Assembly (NCBI GenBank): GCA_963664705.1
Contig: OY761556.1
Coordinates: 1,792,001-1,856,000 of the forward strand
Length of the DNA: 64,000 bases
Direction of reading: 5' to 3'
Source of the DNA: Acidobacteriota bacterium
GTDB lineage: Bacteria > Acidobacteriota > UBA6911
In this document: piece after piece, positions 19,789 to 30,271 of the stretch
Position numbering within the stretch: position 1 is the first letter of the stretch
Layout: each line of letters starts with the position of its first letter
Notes under the pieces: generated by a model
The model's database searches: none
What the model was told of the DNA's origin: nothing
The model's input: the letters and a program-made list of their open reading frames with translations, nothing else
Translations under genes and position numbers: made by a program

Positions 19789-21266
19789 TGTTTAAAAAGA
19801 TGCTCATTGCCAATCGCGGCGAGATTGCAATTCGTGTCATGCGGGCCTGCCGGGAAATGGGAATTGCTTCCGCCGCGGTATTCTCGGAAGCGGACAGGAA
19901 TGCACTGTTTGTAAAATATGCCGATGAGGCTTACTTTATTGGGCCGGCCCCGGCCTCCCAAAGTTACCTGGATATCGCCAAGGTGATCAATGCGGCCAAG
20001 GAATGCAATGCGGATGCAATTCATCCGGGGTATGGATTTTTGGCCGAGAATCCGGCTTTTGCAAAGGCCTGTTCTGAATCGGGGTTGAAATTCATCGGTC
20101 CTTCAGCCGAAGTGCTCGCGCTGATGGGAGACAAGATTGCGGCCAGGCGTGAGATGGAAAAGGCCGGCGTTCCGATGGTACCCGGATCGAAGGATTGCAT
20201 CACAGGTGTCGATGATGCCAGGCGAGCGGCTGCGGAGATCGGCTATCCGGTCATTATCAAACCTTCCGGTGGCGGAGGCGGAATCGGAATGACGGTTGTT
20301 GAATCCGAGGCAGAACTTGCCAATGCGCTGGAATCCACACAGGCGATAGCCAGGAACACGTTCGGCCTGGCGGCTATATACATTGAGAAGTATCTTCGAA
20401 ATCCCCGCCACATCGAATTTCAAATCCTTGGAGATGCCTCCGGAGCCGTCATTCACCTGGGTGAGCGGGAATGCTCCATACAGAGACGGCATCAGAAACT
20501 AATTGAGGAATCGCCTTCCACCGCGCTAACTGAAGAAATGCGATCCAGGATGGGTGAGGTTGCGGCCAGGGCTGCTCAGTGTGTGGGATATCAGGGAGCA
20601 GGGACAGTCGAGTTTTTATATTCATCTGGAAAATTCTACTTTTTAGAGGTGAATGCGAGAGTTCAGGTGGAACATCCCGTTACTGAAATGGTAACGGGAA
20701 TCGACATTGTCAAGGAGCAGATTCGAATTGCATCCGGGCTCAAGATGAATGTGCGGCAGCCGGATGTCAAGATCAACGGCCATGCAATAGAATGCCGGAT
20801 AAATGCGGAAGACCCCTTGAACGATTTCGTTCCGACCCCTGGCAAAATCACCGGCTATTATGCTCCGGATGGGCCGGGTGTCCGGGTAGACAGTGGCGCG
20901 TACAGTGCATGCGATATATCGCCATTTTATGACCCGTTGATTGCCAAGGTAATCTGTTGGGGACGAAGCCGGGAAGAGGCTGTTCGTAGAATGGAGCGGG
21001 CGCTTTTCGAGTTTTCAATTTCCGGAGTCCGGACCAATATCCCTTTTCATCAGGCCGTTATGGGGAATGCGAATTTTGGAAAGGGTGATTTGGGAACGCA
21101 ATTCATCGAGAGAGAAAACTCACTCTTCGAGAATATGCGGAAGATCGCGGAAAGCGGACAAACCTTGGCTGGTAGAATTCCCCAGTTCGATGAGAGGAAG
21201 AAGCGGGCGGCTGTGATCGCTGCCGCGGCTTTTGTGGCAGGAAGGCGGGGAGACGGTTCAAGTTAG
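19788..21266 (+). CDS. Biotin carboxylase subunit (PycA/AccC-like)
   Basis: LIANRGEIA, IHPGYGFLAEN, GGGGIGM, ERECSIQRRHQK, EVNARVQVEHPVTE and RINAEDP; TAATG translational coupling. Confidence 0.95.
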   Translation: MFKKMLIANRGEIAIRVMRACREMGIASAAVFSEADRNALFVKYADEAYFIGPAPASQSYLDIAKVINAAKECNADAIHPGYGFLAENPAFAKACSESGLKFIGPSAEVLALMGDKIAARREMEKAGVPMVPGSKDCITGVDDARRAAAEIGYPVIIKPSGGGGGIGMTVVESEAELANALESTQAIARNTFGLAAIYIEKYLRNPRHIEFQILGDASGAVIHLGERECSIQRRHQKLIEESPSTALTEEMRSRMGEVAARAAQCVGYQGAGTVEFLYSSGKFYFLEVNARVQVEHPVTEMVTGIDIVKEQIRIASGLKMNVRQPDVKINGHAIECRINAEDPLNDFVPTPGKITGYYAPDGPGVRVDSGAYSACDISPFYDPLIAKVICWGRSREEAVRRMERALFEFSISGVRTNIPFHQAVMGNANFGKGDLGTQFIERENSLFENMRKIAESGQTLAGRIPQFDERKKRAAVIAAAAFVAGRRGDGSS

Positions 21267-21324
21267 TTTTGCCGGCAAATGGAGTTTCGGTAGGTAAATG
21301 CTGCGGGAACGCATGGGGGTGGTC

Positions 21325-22569
21325 ATGAGCCAGAAGCCGAAAGTGCTGATGATTGTCACGCTGGATACCAAGGAGGTTGAGGCCGGATTCATCAAGCAGT
21401 GCCTTGAAGAACGGGGAGTTGAGGTATATCAGCTTGATGGCAGCGTGCGGCGAAATGTGAATGCTGCGGCGGATATCACGCCGGATCAAATTGCGGCAGC
21501 GGCGGGAACAACGATGCCGACAGTGCGAGCCCTCAACCAGGAAGCCGAATCTCTCGAAATCATGATCAGGGGTGCGGTGAAATGTGCGCTGGAATTGCAT
21601 GCCAGAGTCGGACTCTGCGGAATTATAGGCATTGGCGGCTCTCTGGGTACTGATCTGGGCACTGCAGTAATGCGGGCTTTTCCTGTCGGATTGCCCAAAG
21701 TGATGATTTCGACTATGGCTTCCGGCATGGTTCGACCGTTTGTGGGCACTAAAGACATAATGATGCTTCCCTCCATTTGTGATATCGCGGGCATGAATGC
21801 GGTTACACAATGCGTCCTCCGAAATGGAGCATTGGCATTGGCCGGAATGGCACTGGGATATAAGCCTGTCCAGCCTTCTGAACGGCCGCTTGTCGTCATT
21901 TCCACTCTGGGTGCCACTGAAAAGTGTTGTGGCGCAATTCGCCATGCACTCGAGCTGCATGGGTTCGATGTCATGGTTTTCCACACACAGGGCGTGGGTG
22001 GGGTTGCCATGGATGAGGCTATCCGTGAGCAGAATGTTTCCATTGCGGTGCATCTATCACTGATTGAAGTCAGCGATTATCTTTGCCATGGCCTTTACAG
22101 TGGGGGGCCCGATAGATGCAAGGCTTCGCTCGAAAAGGGAATTCCGACGATATTCGCTCCCGGCAATATAGACTTCATGGTCGCCGGGCCTATTGAGGAT
22201 GCACGAGTAAGGTTTCCTGGAAGGCGATACCATGTGCACAATGCCGAGTTAACTGCCGTACGCTCGGAAGCCGGCGAGTTCAAGCGAATGGCAGAGCATA
22301 TGGCCGGCCTCATCCGGGAAGCCAGGGGGCGGGTTGCCTTTTTTGTTCCATTGCTGGGTTTCTCGGCACACGACAGTGAACAGGGACATCTGCACGATGT
22401 ATCCTTGCCGCCGATCTTTGCGGAGCACTTAAAACAGGTAATGCCCGAAGGGATACCGATTGAAGTCCTTCACAACCATATCAATGACGCGGCGTTTGCC
22501 AATAGAATCACCGAGCAGGTGCTTGCTTTCCAGAGAGATACTGTCGCGGTAAAAGTCAATGCGCCATAA
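21325..22569 (+). CDS. Tm-1-like ATP-binding domain protein (UPF0261)
   Basis: TLDTK, GIGGSLGT, PVGLPKVMISTMASG, PSICDIAGMN, FHTQGVGG and HINDAAFA. Confidence 0.9.
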   Translation: MSQKPKVLMIVTLDTKEVEAGFIKQCLEERGVEVYQLDGSVRRNVNAAADITPDQIAAAAGTTMPTVRALNQEAESLEIMIRGAVKCALELHARVGLCGIIGIGGSLGTDLGTAVMRAFPVGLPKVMISTMASGMVRPFVGTKDIMMLPSICDIAGMNAVTQCVLRNGALALAGMALGYKPVQPSERPLVVISTLGATEKCCGAIRHALELHGFDVMVFHTQGVGGVAMDEAIREQNVSIAVHLSLIEVSDYLCHGLYSGGPDRCKASLEKGIPTIFAPGNIDFMVAGPIEDARVRFPGRRYHVHNAELTAVRSEAGEFKRMAEHMAGLIREARGRVAFFVPLLGFSAHDSEQGHLHDVSLPPIFAEHLKQVMPEGIPIEVLHNHINDAAFANRITEQVLAFQRDTVAVKVNAP

Positions 22570-22708
22570 TGGCGTGTCCGCAGATATGACGGCAGGATGG
22601 GATTCGTTATGGCGGTTGAAGAGTCTGCAATAAGACTAATCTGGAGAACGCACGCGGTCGATCAAGAATATTTAGTGGCGTCTTTGGGCGCGTTGGAGAG
22701 TCATCCAG

Positions 22709-23086
22709 ATGGCACGTATTCTGATAATTGATGACGAAGAGCCGGTTCGCAGGCTGCTGCTGAAAACGCTGGAGCGGGCGAAACACGAAGTCTACCAGGC
22801 AGACAACGGAAAGAGCGGGCTGCGGCAATGCTCCCAGGTTCCAATTGATCTTGTGATCACCGACATCGTCATGCCTGACGGTGAAGGACTCGAAACCATA
22901 ATGCAGCTAAAACAGCTGCATCCCGGCCTAAAGATCTTTGCGATGTCAGGAGCTCAATTCAATATGGGATTGGACGTTCTGGCTCTTGCCAAATCACTCG
23001 GAGCTGCGAGAATTTTTCAAAAACCATTCACCATTGAAGAAATCATCAAAGCGGTAAATGACGAAACCTCGGCCTCTTCGCTGTAA
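22709..23086 (+). CDS. Single-domain response regulator
   Basis: ILIIDDE, ITDIVMPDGEG, MSG and KPF. Confidence 0.9.
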   Translation: MARILIIDDEEPVRRLLLKTLERAKHEVYQADNGKSGLRQCSQVPIDLVITDIVMPDGEGLETIMQLKQLHPGLKIFAMSGAQFNMGLDVLALAKSLGAARIFQKPFTIEEIIKAVNDETSASSL

Positions 23087-23143
23087 CTTGACCGGATAAT
23101 TCCAGCCTTTCACTGTCCGCCGCAAGCTCGTTTTTACCACCGG

Positions 23144-23587
23144 CTAAATCGCTGTATTTTTATCCTTAACAAGCTTATTAACCCAGAGCGTGATGCAGTT
23201 GCCACGGCGGTTATGTGCAAGTCTGTCGGAACAGGATGCCATGATGCAAAGTCCGCGGCCGCTGGTGGCTTCGAAATCGGGAAAGGGCAGCCGGCGAAGC
23301 TTTCTCCAGTTAAACCCCGGGCCATCATCCGCTACGGATATTCGAATCCATTTCCTTCCAATGTGAGCATCCAGCCTAACGCTTTTCGTATTCTGATTGC
23401 GATTGCCGTGAAGAATGGCATTGTTCAGAGCTTCGCGCAGAGCCAGTTCAAGAAAGAACCAGCGGCCATTCAATCCCTCGGACTCGAGGAATTTGCGTAT
23501 CTCACCACAAAGGATGTCCACCTCAGATACATTCGAAGGACTGATTCTGTGGTATGAATTCGGGCCAATTTCCGATTGAGAAGTCAC
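23144..23587 (-). CDS. RsbW/SpoIIAB-like anti-sigma serine kinase
   Basis: REALNNAILHGN, VADDGPGF and SGRGL; GTG start overlaps the upstream TGA. Confidence 0.85.
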   Translation of the reverse strand: MTSQSEIGPNSYHRISPSNVSEVDILCGEIRKFLESEGLNGRWFFLELALREALNNAILHGNRNQNTKSVRLDAHIGRKWIRISVADDGPGFNWRKLRRLPFPDFEATSGRGLCIMASCSDRLAHNRRGNCITLWVNKLVKDKNTAI

Positions 23588-24696
23588 ACTTCAACTCCCA
23601 TTAGTACAATATCATCCTGCGGAACCAGGCCCGCCGTAACCGCGCGCATGATCTCCGTTGCCGAGTCCTGCAGCGGTGTATTGGCCGACTGGCTGCAGGC
23701 ATCGGCCAGACGCTGTATGCCGTCATCGCGATTGCCGCCAATTTCTATTAGGCCATCCGAGTATAGAATGAACCGGTCTCCACGCTGTACCTGCAGTTCT
23801 GCGGTGCTAAAGACCGCATCATGAAAGGCACCCAGGACATCGCCTTCCTGATGCAGGATTTCAGCCGCGTCGTTCTGCTTGCGTACAACAATCATGGGGG
23901 GATGGCCTGCATTGACAATGATCAACTGTCCGCTTCGACGGTTGAGCCGCGCATAAATAAGGGTAACAAAAACGCCGCTCGGCAAAACGCGGAAAAGGGC
24001 ATCATTGATCGACTGCAGAATTTGCCTGGGCGTGTTGACCGTTTTTGCATAGGCAACAAGCAGGGTTTTGAGCGCTGCTGTCCAGAACGAGGCTCCGATA
24101 TCGTGGCCGCTGACATCCGCTACCAGATAGTCCACAATCGCATGCCCGATGGGGATAACATCATAAAAATCTCCGCCTGCTTTTAGGACCTGGTTGAGGG
24201 CAATGGAAAACCCTGCTTCAGGTAAATCTGCAGGTTGGGGCATGATGGCTTCCTGGGCAACTACCAATTGCTGGATGCGTTCGGACTGCAATTCGACAAG
24301 CATCTGGTAGGTATGTCGCAATCGAAGATGAGTGCTGACTCGGGCAATGATTTCGGCCGCCTCCACGGGCTTGCTGATGTAATCCACACCACCCGCCTCA
24401 AACGCCTGGACCTTTATCGAAACATCATCGTAGGAGGAAAGAAAGATGATGGGAATTTGAGAGGTTGGCGATGAGCTTTGAAGTCGCTTACACAAATCAA
24501 TGCCATTCCCGTCCGGCAGGCCAATATCCAAAAGGATGATATCCGGTGACTCTGTGCGTGCTCGAGTTTCGGCGCCGGCAATGTCAAATGCGGAAATGGT
24601 CTGGAAACCCTCATACCTCAGGACCGATTCAATGATGCTGTTGGTGATGGAGTCATCATCCACAATGAGTATCAGGGGAGATGTGTTGCCGGCCAT
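23584..24696 (-). CDS. Response regulator with PP2C/SpoIIE phosphatase domain (RsbU/RsbP-like)
   Basis: REC (ILIVDDD, LLDIGLPDGNG, KP) plus GGDFYD, ADVSGH, NAGHPP, YSDGL and DDI. Confidence 0.92.
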   Translation of the reverse strand: MAGNTSPLILIVDDDSITNSIIESVLRYEGFQTISAFDIAGAETRARTESPDIILLDIGLPDGNGIDLCKRLQSSSPTSQIPIIFLSSYDDVSIKVQAFEAGGVDYISKPVEAAEIIARVSTHLRLRHTYQMLVELQSERIQQLVVAQEAIMPQPADLPEAGFSIALNQVLKAGGDFYDVIPIGHAIVDYLVADVSGHDIGASFWTAALKTLLVAYAKTVNTPRQILQSINDALFRVLPSGVFVTLIYARLNRRSGQLIIVNAGHPPMIVVRKQNDAAEILHQEGDVLGAFHDAVFSTAELQVQRGDRFILYSDGLIEIGGNRDDGIQRLADACSQSANTPLQDSATEIMRAVTAGLVPQDDIVLMGVEV

Positions 24697-24726
24697 TATG
24701 CTATCTATTCCTTTTCCATGTTTTCT

Positions 24727-27700
24727 TTATTGGGATGATTCGGTGATGGCTGCGGATATTTCCTGCGATGTTATCTGAAATTCCCGTTCGAGATCTGCCA
24801 CCATCCCTGCAATAGCGGTCGATGACACCTCTGTGGCGGACTTCTCCAGTGACTGCGCGACAGCCCGGAAGGCCTCGCAGCTCATATTGGCTGCAGCCCC
24901 TTTGATCCGATGCGCCAGGCGGCTTATTTCCTGAACGTCTCCTTTGGCCATGGCCGTTTTGAGGTAATCTATCTGAACTGGCATATCGCTCAGGAATGCA
25001 TCCTTCAATTTGCAGGCAAGAGCGATGTTATTTCCAATTCTGCGAAGCAGGCTATCGCGGTCAAAGGCCTTGACTACTTTCTGTGCGGATGGATCTTTAG
25101 GTATGCCGGAAGGGATGATGATCGCGGGAGCCTTTTTATCGGAATCTTTGACTGAGACGGCAATGGGCGCGCTGCTGCCGTGGGTCCATCGGCGGATCGT
25201 CTTTTCCAGGGTCTCGGGATGAATGGGTTTTGTCAGATAATCGTTCATGCCCGCATCCAGGCAGGACTGCCTGTCCTTGCCGGTCGCAAAGGCAGTCAGG
25301 GCGATGATGGGAAGCGTTTTGTTTTGCTCGCCGGCTTCTCCCTGGCGTATGCGGCGACTTGATTCAAAGCCATCCATTTCGGGCATTTGACAATCCATCA
25401 GGATAAGGTTGTAGTCATATCTTGCCAGTGCATCCAGAACCTCGCGGCCATTGGTAACTGCTTCGGCCTCCAATCCGAGTTGCTCCAAAATGGCAACCAT
25501 TAACATACGGTTGGTGTCATTGTCGTCCGCCAATAAAATACGGATCTGCGCTGACCCTTCCGCCAAGCCGGTGAGCGAGCTATTCTGGGTGTCTTTTTTG
25601 GGCAATATTCGTCCGGCATATGAATCCTGTGCACGGCCGAAAACAGCAGTAAACCAGAATGTAGAACCCAAGCCCTCTTTGCTCTCCACGCCAATGGCGC
25701 CGCCCATAAGCTCGCAGAGCTCTTTCGAAATGGCGAGCCCAAGACCGGTACCCCCATATTTGCGGGATGTAGAACTATCTAGTTGGGTAAAGGGTGAAAA
25801 CAGCGAGGCCACTCTGTCTTCAGGTATGCCGATTCCCGTATCCCGGACAAAAAAGCGAAGCCTTATTTCGTGATCGAAATCATAATCCTGGATGACGTGA
25901 ATGGATATTTCTCCGCGGCTTGTAAACTTTACAGCATTTCCTCCAAGATTGAGCAGGATTTGCCGCAGGCGGGTTGGATCACCATTAAGAAAAGGAAGAA
26001 CGTTGGAATCGATCTGGTATTTGAAGTCCAGATTTTTGGTGTGCGCAATAACGGAAAGGATTTCGGAAGTCTCCGAAAGGATGGCTTCCAAATCGAAATC
26101 AACGTGCTCCAGCTCAAGTTTGTGCGCCTCGATTTTGGAAAAATCAAGGATGTCGTTAATGATTGCCAGCAGTGACTCGGCGCTTGAACAGGCAAGCTCC
26201 GCGAAACGATGCTGCTCGGGCGGAAGGGACGATTTCATCAGCAGTTTGGTCATGCCGATGATGCCATTCATGGGCGTTCGGATTTCATGGCTCATGTTGG
26301 CCAGGAATGCGCTTTTGGACTGGTTCGCCTGCTCTGCCTGTTCTGCAAGCTGGCTGGAACGGCTGATGGCTTCCTCGAGTCGATGATTGGCCAGGCGGAG
26401 TTCCTGCTCTGCATTTTTCCGGTCTGTAATATCACGCATGATGCCGACGGCATGCCATTTTCCTTTGATTCGGAGGGGAGCCAGGGAAAGCTCAACAGGG
26501 AACTCACATCCATCTTTGCGAACGGCGGACAGCTCGAGTGTCTGCCCAACCGCCGCGCCCTTGCCTGTCTCCCAAAAGGTTTTAACACCCTCTTCGCAGG
26601 AAGGTGGATAGCTTGCAGGAGCAAGCAGCGCATGCAGGTTTTGCCCCAATGCCTCGGTTTTCGAATATCCGAAAATGCGGGCGGCAGAATCATTCCAGAG
26701 GGAAATATTGCCCTGAAAATCCGACATGATAATGGCATCCTGTGCCGCGCTGATCAATTGGTTCAGGCGCTCCTGGCTTTCAATCAGCAACTCCTCTGCC
26801 TTTTTGCGCTCGGAAAGATCGATAAAGCACTCCAGCAGTTTCTCCTGGCCGTTTAGGATGATTCTCTTAACGGTTTTAAGAATTGGAAGACGGCTGCCAT
26901 CGGCGCAAAGCATTTCTCTTTCGGAATGATCGATGTCTTTATTCAGATCACAGACAGGGCAAGCATTATCAGGGGCAGGACAAATCAACTGGTGGCAGCG
27001 CCGGCCCACCAGGTTGTCGATTGAAACACCCGATAAAATGACGGCATGATCATTGGCGCGCTCAATAATCCTGGTTTTAGGGTCAACAACGGTGACTGCT
27101 ACTGGAAGTGTCGACAGGAGCGAGCGCTGCAAACCCTCGCTTTCCCGAAGTGCGTCCTCCGCCTTTTTTCTTTCGGTAATATCGCGAATGACGCCGATCA
27201 CTCCGATAATGTCCCCGGAGGAGCTGATTTGTGGACTATAAACCGCGGAGACCCAGGCAGTTTTTCCATTATCGGGGACGACGACATACAAATCCGGCAA
27301 AACTACGGTTTCTCCGGACAATACTCGAAGAATAACCTCCTCGGATATCGGAGTAGGAACCGGAGCATCCGGACCAAAGGCCTGCTTGCCCAATACTCTG
27401 TGTGCCGGGATGTCGGTAACGGCCTCCAGTTGCTTGTTCCACAGAACATATTTGAGATCTTTATCGAAGGCCACAATTGAGTCCATGGCGCTGTCAATAA
27501 CATTGCGAATGAATTGCTCTCTTTCGCGCAGTTCCGAGGATCGGGCATGGACCTGCAATTCCAGCAGAAGATGACGATTGCTTTGGGAACCGATAAAGAC
27601 GGTCAATGTTGCTGTGATCAGCAGTCCTGCCAAAAGCATGCCGATTTCGCTCCATTGCGCATTTCCAATCTCAAAGGAGGCTCCCGGATTTACTGTGATT

Positions 27701-29901
27701 GCATATGTTTTATCGAATGCAAAGAACGGCACGACAATCTTTTGTTCGGAGTTTTCATCGGGAGAACCTGAAATGGCGGCAGCATTCGAGGCGGATGTCG
27801 CGAGAAGTCTTGGCTTTCCGCCGTCCACCAATTGCCAGAGAGATACATCGGCCGATTCCAAATTTCGGCCGGCTCGGTTCAGGCTGGTTCGAAGCAGCGA
27901 CTCGAATCGCAATGCAGCAACGACATGACCGCGAAGGCGTGGACCGTCCCTGGGTTCGGTGGGAGCATCGGATGTGTTGGCATACACGGGATAACAAACC
28001 AACGCGCCCTGTTGCGAGGAATTCCCCTGAATCAGTGTCAGCGCATCTGTCATGGTCGGCAGTCGGTCGACCTGCGCATCGGTGAGCGCATGATGGCGTG
28101 ACGATTCCGAACTCAGATCCAGGCCAATCGCAGCCTCATTTCCAGACAGTGGCTCCGCGTAGAGTACCGGGTGGTGTTCTGTTAGGGGTGTATTCATATC
28201 TGCAACAGGTTCATGGCTTAGTGAAAAGACCCGGAAGCGATCAAAACCTGCCTCTCGCCGTGTTTTGCTTTCAAAACCCTCTAAATCGGAATCTCTCACG
28301 CTGGGAACCCATTCCCATGCCTGGACCGCGGCCGATTGTGCCATGGGTAAGGCAAAGTTCCGGAATGTTTCGTGGTCTATAGCTTCATTGGATTTGATGA
28401 AGCGTGCGAGCCCAGGCAATTGGTCGTCGCGAATGGCCTGCAAAGCCTGGATGAGACTTCCCGTTTCAGCGTCGGCCAACTGGGAAAGAGCTTTGTGATA
28501 GGAATAGGAAACGGAAGTATGCACAAATAGCGCCGCGCCGACTGTGATTGTAAGGCCAATCACCGCGACCATGACCGCTTCGGTATAGCGATAGGATTTC
28601 CTGTATTTGGCGGGCATTTGCTGCCGTCTGGCCAAAATAACATTTCCCGCCAACAGAACAAGGATGAGCGCGAGTGTAATGGCAATAGGAATAAAACGCT
28701 GATTTTCAATCTTCTGGCGCCAGCCCGCGATGGGAAAGTCCATGCCGATAAGCATGATCACATTTCCGGTACGCCAGTCTATCACTGGAGCAAAGGCGGA
28801 AACAAAGGTCCCATACTCATCGGTATAGGGTCCGGCCGTTGTCGCTATTCCGGTGGAATAGATTTGATGCAATTCCTCGGGGGGCTTGTTATAGACGGCG
28901 CCTGGAGGCGATGCCAGCGGATCTCCCGGATCAAAGATTTCCGGGCCAAACACAAAATGGTTATTGCGCAGAGCAATGCTATAAACACTCCGGTACGACA
29001 TGTTTTTTGCATAGACACGCATCTGCTTGCAAAGCTGAATATAGCTGGGATTTGTGCGATCGGAGGAAGCAAACTGAAGATCCTTGGCCCGTCGCGGGTC
29101 GATCGTGCGGGCAATGGCATTGGCCTGCGATACGGAGTGAAGGCGCATTTGATCTTCAGCCGTGTGTCCGAGAATGCCGGCCGAGATCCATCCGGCCGTT
29201 ATCAAACTAAGCAACAATCCTGTGGTCAGTGCAAAGCGGCGCCAATTGAATGGTTCCTTGTTTCCGTATGGCCGTATGGTTCCTAATCCGAAAGCCACTG
29301 CACCCAGCAGGATCAGGCTTATAATCTCCCCCGGAAATCCCAAGATTGCACTGAAAGCACCGAGGTTTATTTGCGAGGCAGGGAAAAAAGAGGTGGCCGG
29401 CACTAATATCCCTTCCATAAACCCAAAAAGCAGGAATGCCACTGCGGTGATTCTAAGTCTGCGACGGTTTGAAATGTCATGATCCTGTGAAGCCAGCAGC
29501 AGGCTTCGCGCGGTTAACACTACACCGGGAAGTGCAATAAAATATCGATGGGCGGCAATCAGACCATCCGCGCCATATTTCAGTCCGAGGATCAGCAATC
29601 CTGCAGCCGGAATGAATGTAAGTCGGATCGCCAGCTTCCGGCATCGCTCACCCAGTCCGCTAAAGCCGGAATAGAGCAGAAATATATAGGCAAGACTTCC
29701 CAATGTGATCACGAACCAGGAAAGCAGTGGGGTTGGACTGCAGCCCAACGCAGTCAACACAAGAAACTCGCGGCAGCCGCCGGAAATGGCAAAGCCGATC
29801 AGCCATTTTCTTTGTGTTGCCTCAATCGACCGATGCCTGCTGACAAGAATGGCCGCAAGGATGAAGAAGGATAAACTGTATATAAAATGGACAATGTCCA
29901 T
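24727..29901 (-). CDS. Multi-sensor hybrid histidine kinase (membrane sensor, Cache-like, CHASE, 3 PAS, HisKA, HATPase, REC, HPt)
   Basis: CHASE (EPLSGNEAAIGLDL), FLANMSHEIRTPMNG, NAVKFT, DTGIGI, GGTGLGL, LMDCQMPEMDG and HPt AHRIKGAA. Confidence 0.93.
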   Translation of the reverse strand: MDIVHFIYSLSFFILAAILVSRHRSIEATQRKWLIGFAISGGCREFLVLTALGCSPTPLLSWFVITLGSLAYIFLLYSGFSGLGERCRKLAIRLTFIPAAGLLILGLKYGADGLIAAHRYFIALPGVVLTARSLLLASQDHDISNRRRLRITAVAFLLFGFMEGILVPATSFFPASQINLGAFSAILGFPGEIISLILLGAVAFGLGTIRPYGNKEPFNWRRFALTTGLLLSLITAGWISAGILGHTAEDQMRLHSVSQANAIARTIDPRRAKDLQFASSDRTNPSYIQLCKQMRVYAKNMSYRSVYSIALRNNHFVFGPEIFDPGDPLASPPGAVYNKPPEELHQIYSTGIATTAGPYTDEYGTFVSAFAPVIDWRTGNVIMLIGMDFPIAGWRQKIENQRFIPIAITLALILVLLAGNVILARRQQMPAKYRKSYRYTEAVMVAVIGLTITVGAALFVHTSVSYSYHKALSQLADAETGSLIQALQAIRDDQLPGLARFIKSNEAIDHETFRNFALPMAQSAAVQAWEWVPSVRDSDLEGFESKTRREAGFDRFRVFSLSHEPVADMNTPLTEHHPVLYAEPLSGNEAAIGLDLSSESSRHHALTDAQVDRLPTMTDALTLIQGNSSQQGALVCYPVYANTSDAPTEPRDGPRLRGHVVAALRFESLLRTSLNRAGRNLESADVSLWQLVDGGKPRLLATSASNAAAISGSPDENSEQKIVVPFFAFDKTYAITVNPGASFEIGNAQWSEIGMLLAGLLITATLTVFIGSQSNRHLLLELQVHARSSELREREQFIRNVIDSAMDSIVAFDKDLKYVLWNKQLEAVTDIPAHRVLGKQAFGPDAPVPTPISEEVILRVLSGETVVLPDLYVVVPDNGKTAWVSAVYSPQISSSGDIIGVIGVIRDITERKKAEDALRESEGLQRSLLSTLPVAVTVVDPKTRIIERANDHAVILSGVSIDNLVGRRCHQLICPAPDNACPVCDLNKDIDHSEREMLCADGSRLPILKTVKRIILNGQEKLLECFIDLSERKKAEELLIESQERLNQLISAAQDAIIMSDFQGNISLWNDSAARIFGYSKTEALGQNLHALLAPASYPPSCEEGVKTFWETGKGAAVGQTLELSAVRKDGCEFPVELSLAPLRIKGKWHAVGIMRDITDRKNAEQELRLANHRLEEAISRSSQLAEQAEQANQSKSAFLANMSHEIRTPMNGIIGMTKLLMKSSLPPEQHRFAELACSSAESLLAIINDILDFSKIEAHKLELEHVDFDLEAILSETSEILSVIAHTKNLDFKYQIDSNVLPFLNGDPTRLRQILLNLGGNAVKFTSRGEISIHVIQDYDFDHEIRLRFFVRDTGIGIPEDRVASLFSPFTQLDSSTSRKYGGTGLGLAISKELCELMGGAIGVESKEGLGSTFWFTAVFGRAQDSYAGRILPKKDTQNSSLTGLAEGSAQIRILLADDNDTNRMLMVAILEQLGLEAEAVTNGREVLDALARYDYNLILMDCQMPEMDGFESSRRIRQGEAGEQNKTLPIIALTAFATGKDRQSCLDAGMNDYLTKPIHPETLEKTIRRWTHGSSAPIAVSVKDSDKKAPAIIIPSGIPKDPSAQKVVKAFDRDSLLRRIGNNIALACKLKDAFLSDMPVQIDYLKTAMAKGDVQEISRLAHRIKGAAANMSCEAFRAVAQSLEKSATEVSSTAIAGMVADLEREFQITSQEISAAITESSQ

Positions 29902-30003
29902 ACTATTCCTGGCTTCGATCGCATCCGGATCTAAAAAGAAAAAGACGGATCGGGTTTAAGTGATTATTTGCTGGGATTGCTCAAGTTACACGCCCTCTGC
30001 TTC

Positions 30004-30031
30004 TCATCGGATCCGAGAGGGAAGGACTTTA
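30004..30031 (-). promoter_or_regulatory. Sigma-28 (FliA)-like promoter of the hybrid kinase operon
   Basis: TAAA-N16-TCCGATGA on the minus strand. Confidence 0.55.
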
Positions 30032-30271
30032 GCTCCAGACTTGAGCGGTTTGAGAGAAACCTGAAAGGAATTCAGCGGGCTAGGTTTTCAGTCGGTAAGC
30101 CATGCAATCATTTGCAACTGATTTGCTTTACATCCAACTGTTTTTGGCGAGATACTTTCGCATGTCAGTTATTATGAACAGGCTGTGAGGATATAGGCTT
30201 CTCAGCAACACCATACCGTCTTTCAGCCCAAGCTGAGAGCCGTCAACCAGATTTATGCGGGAGGACACAGA

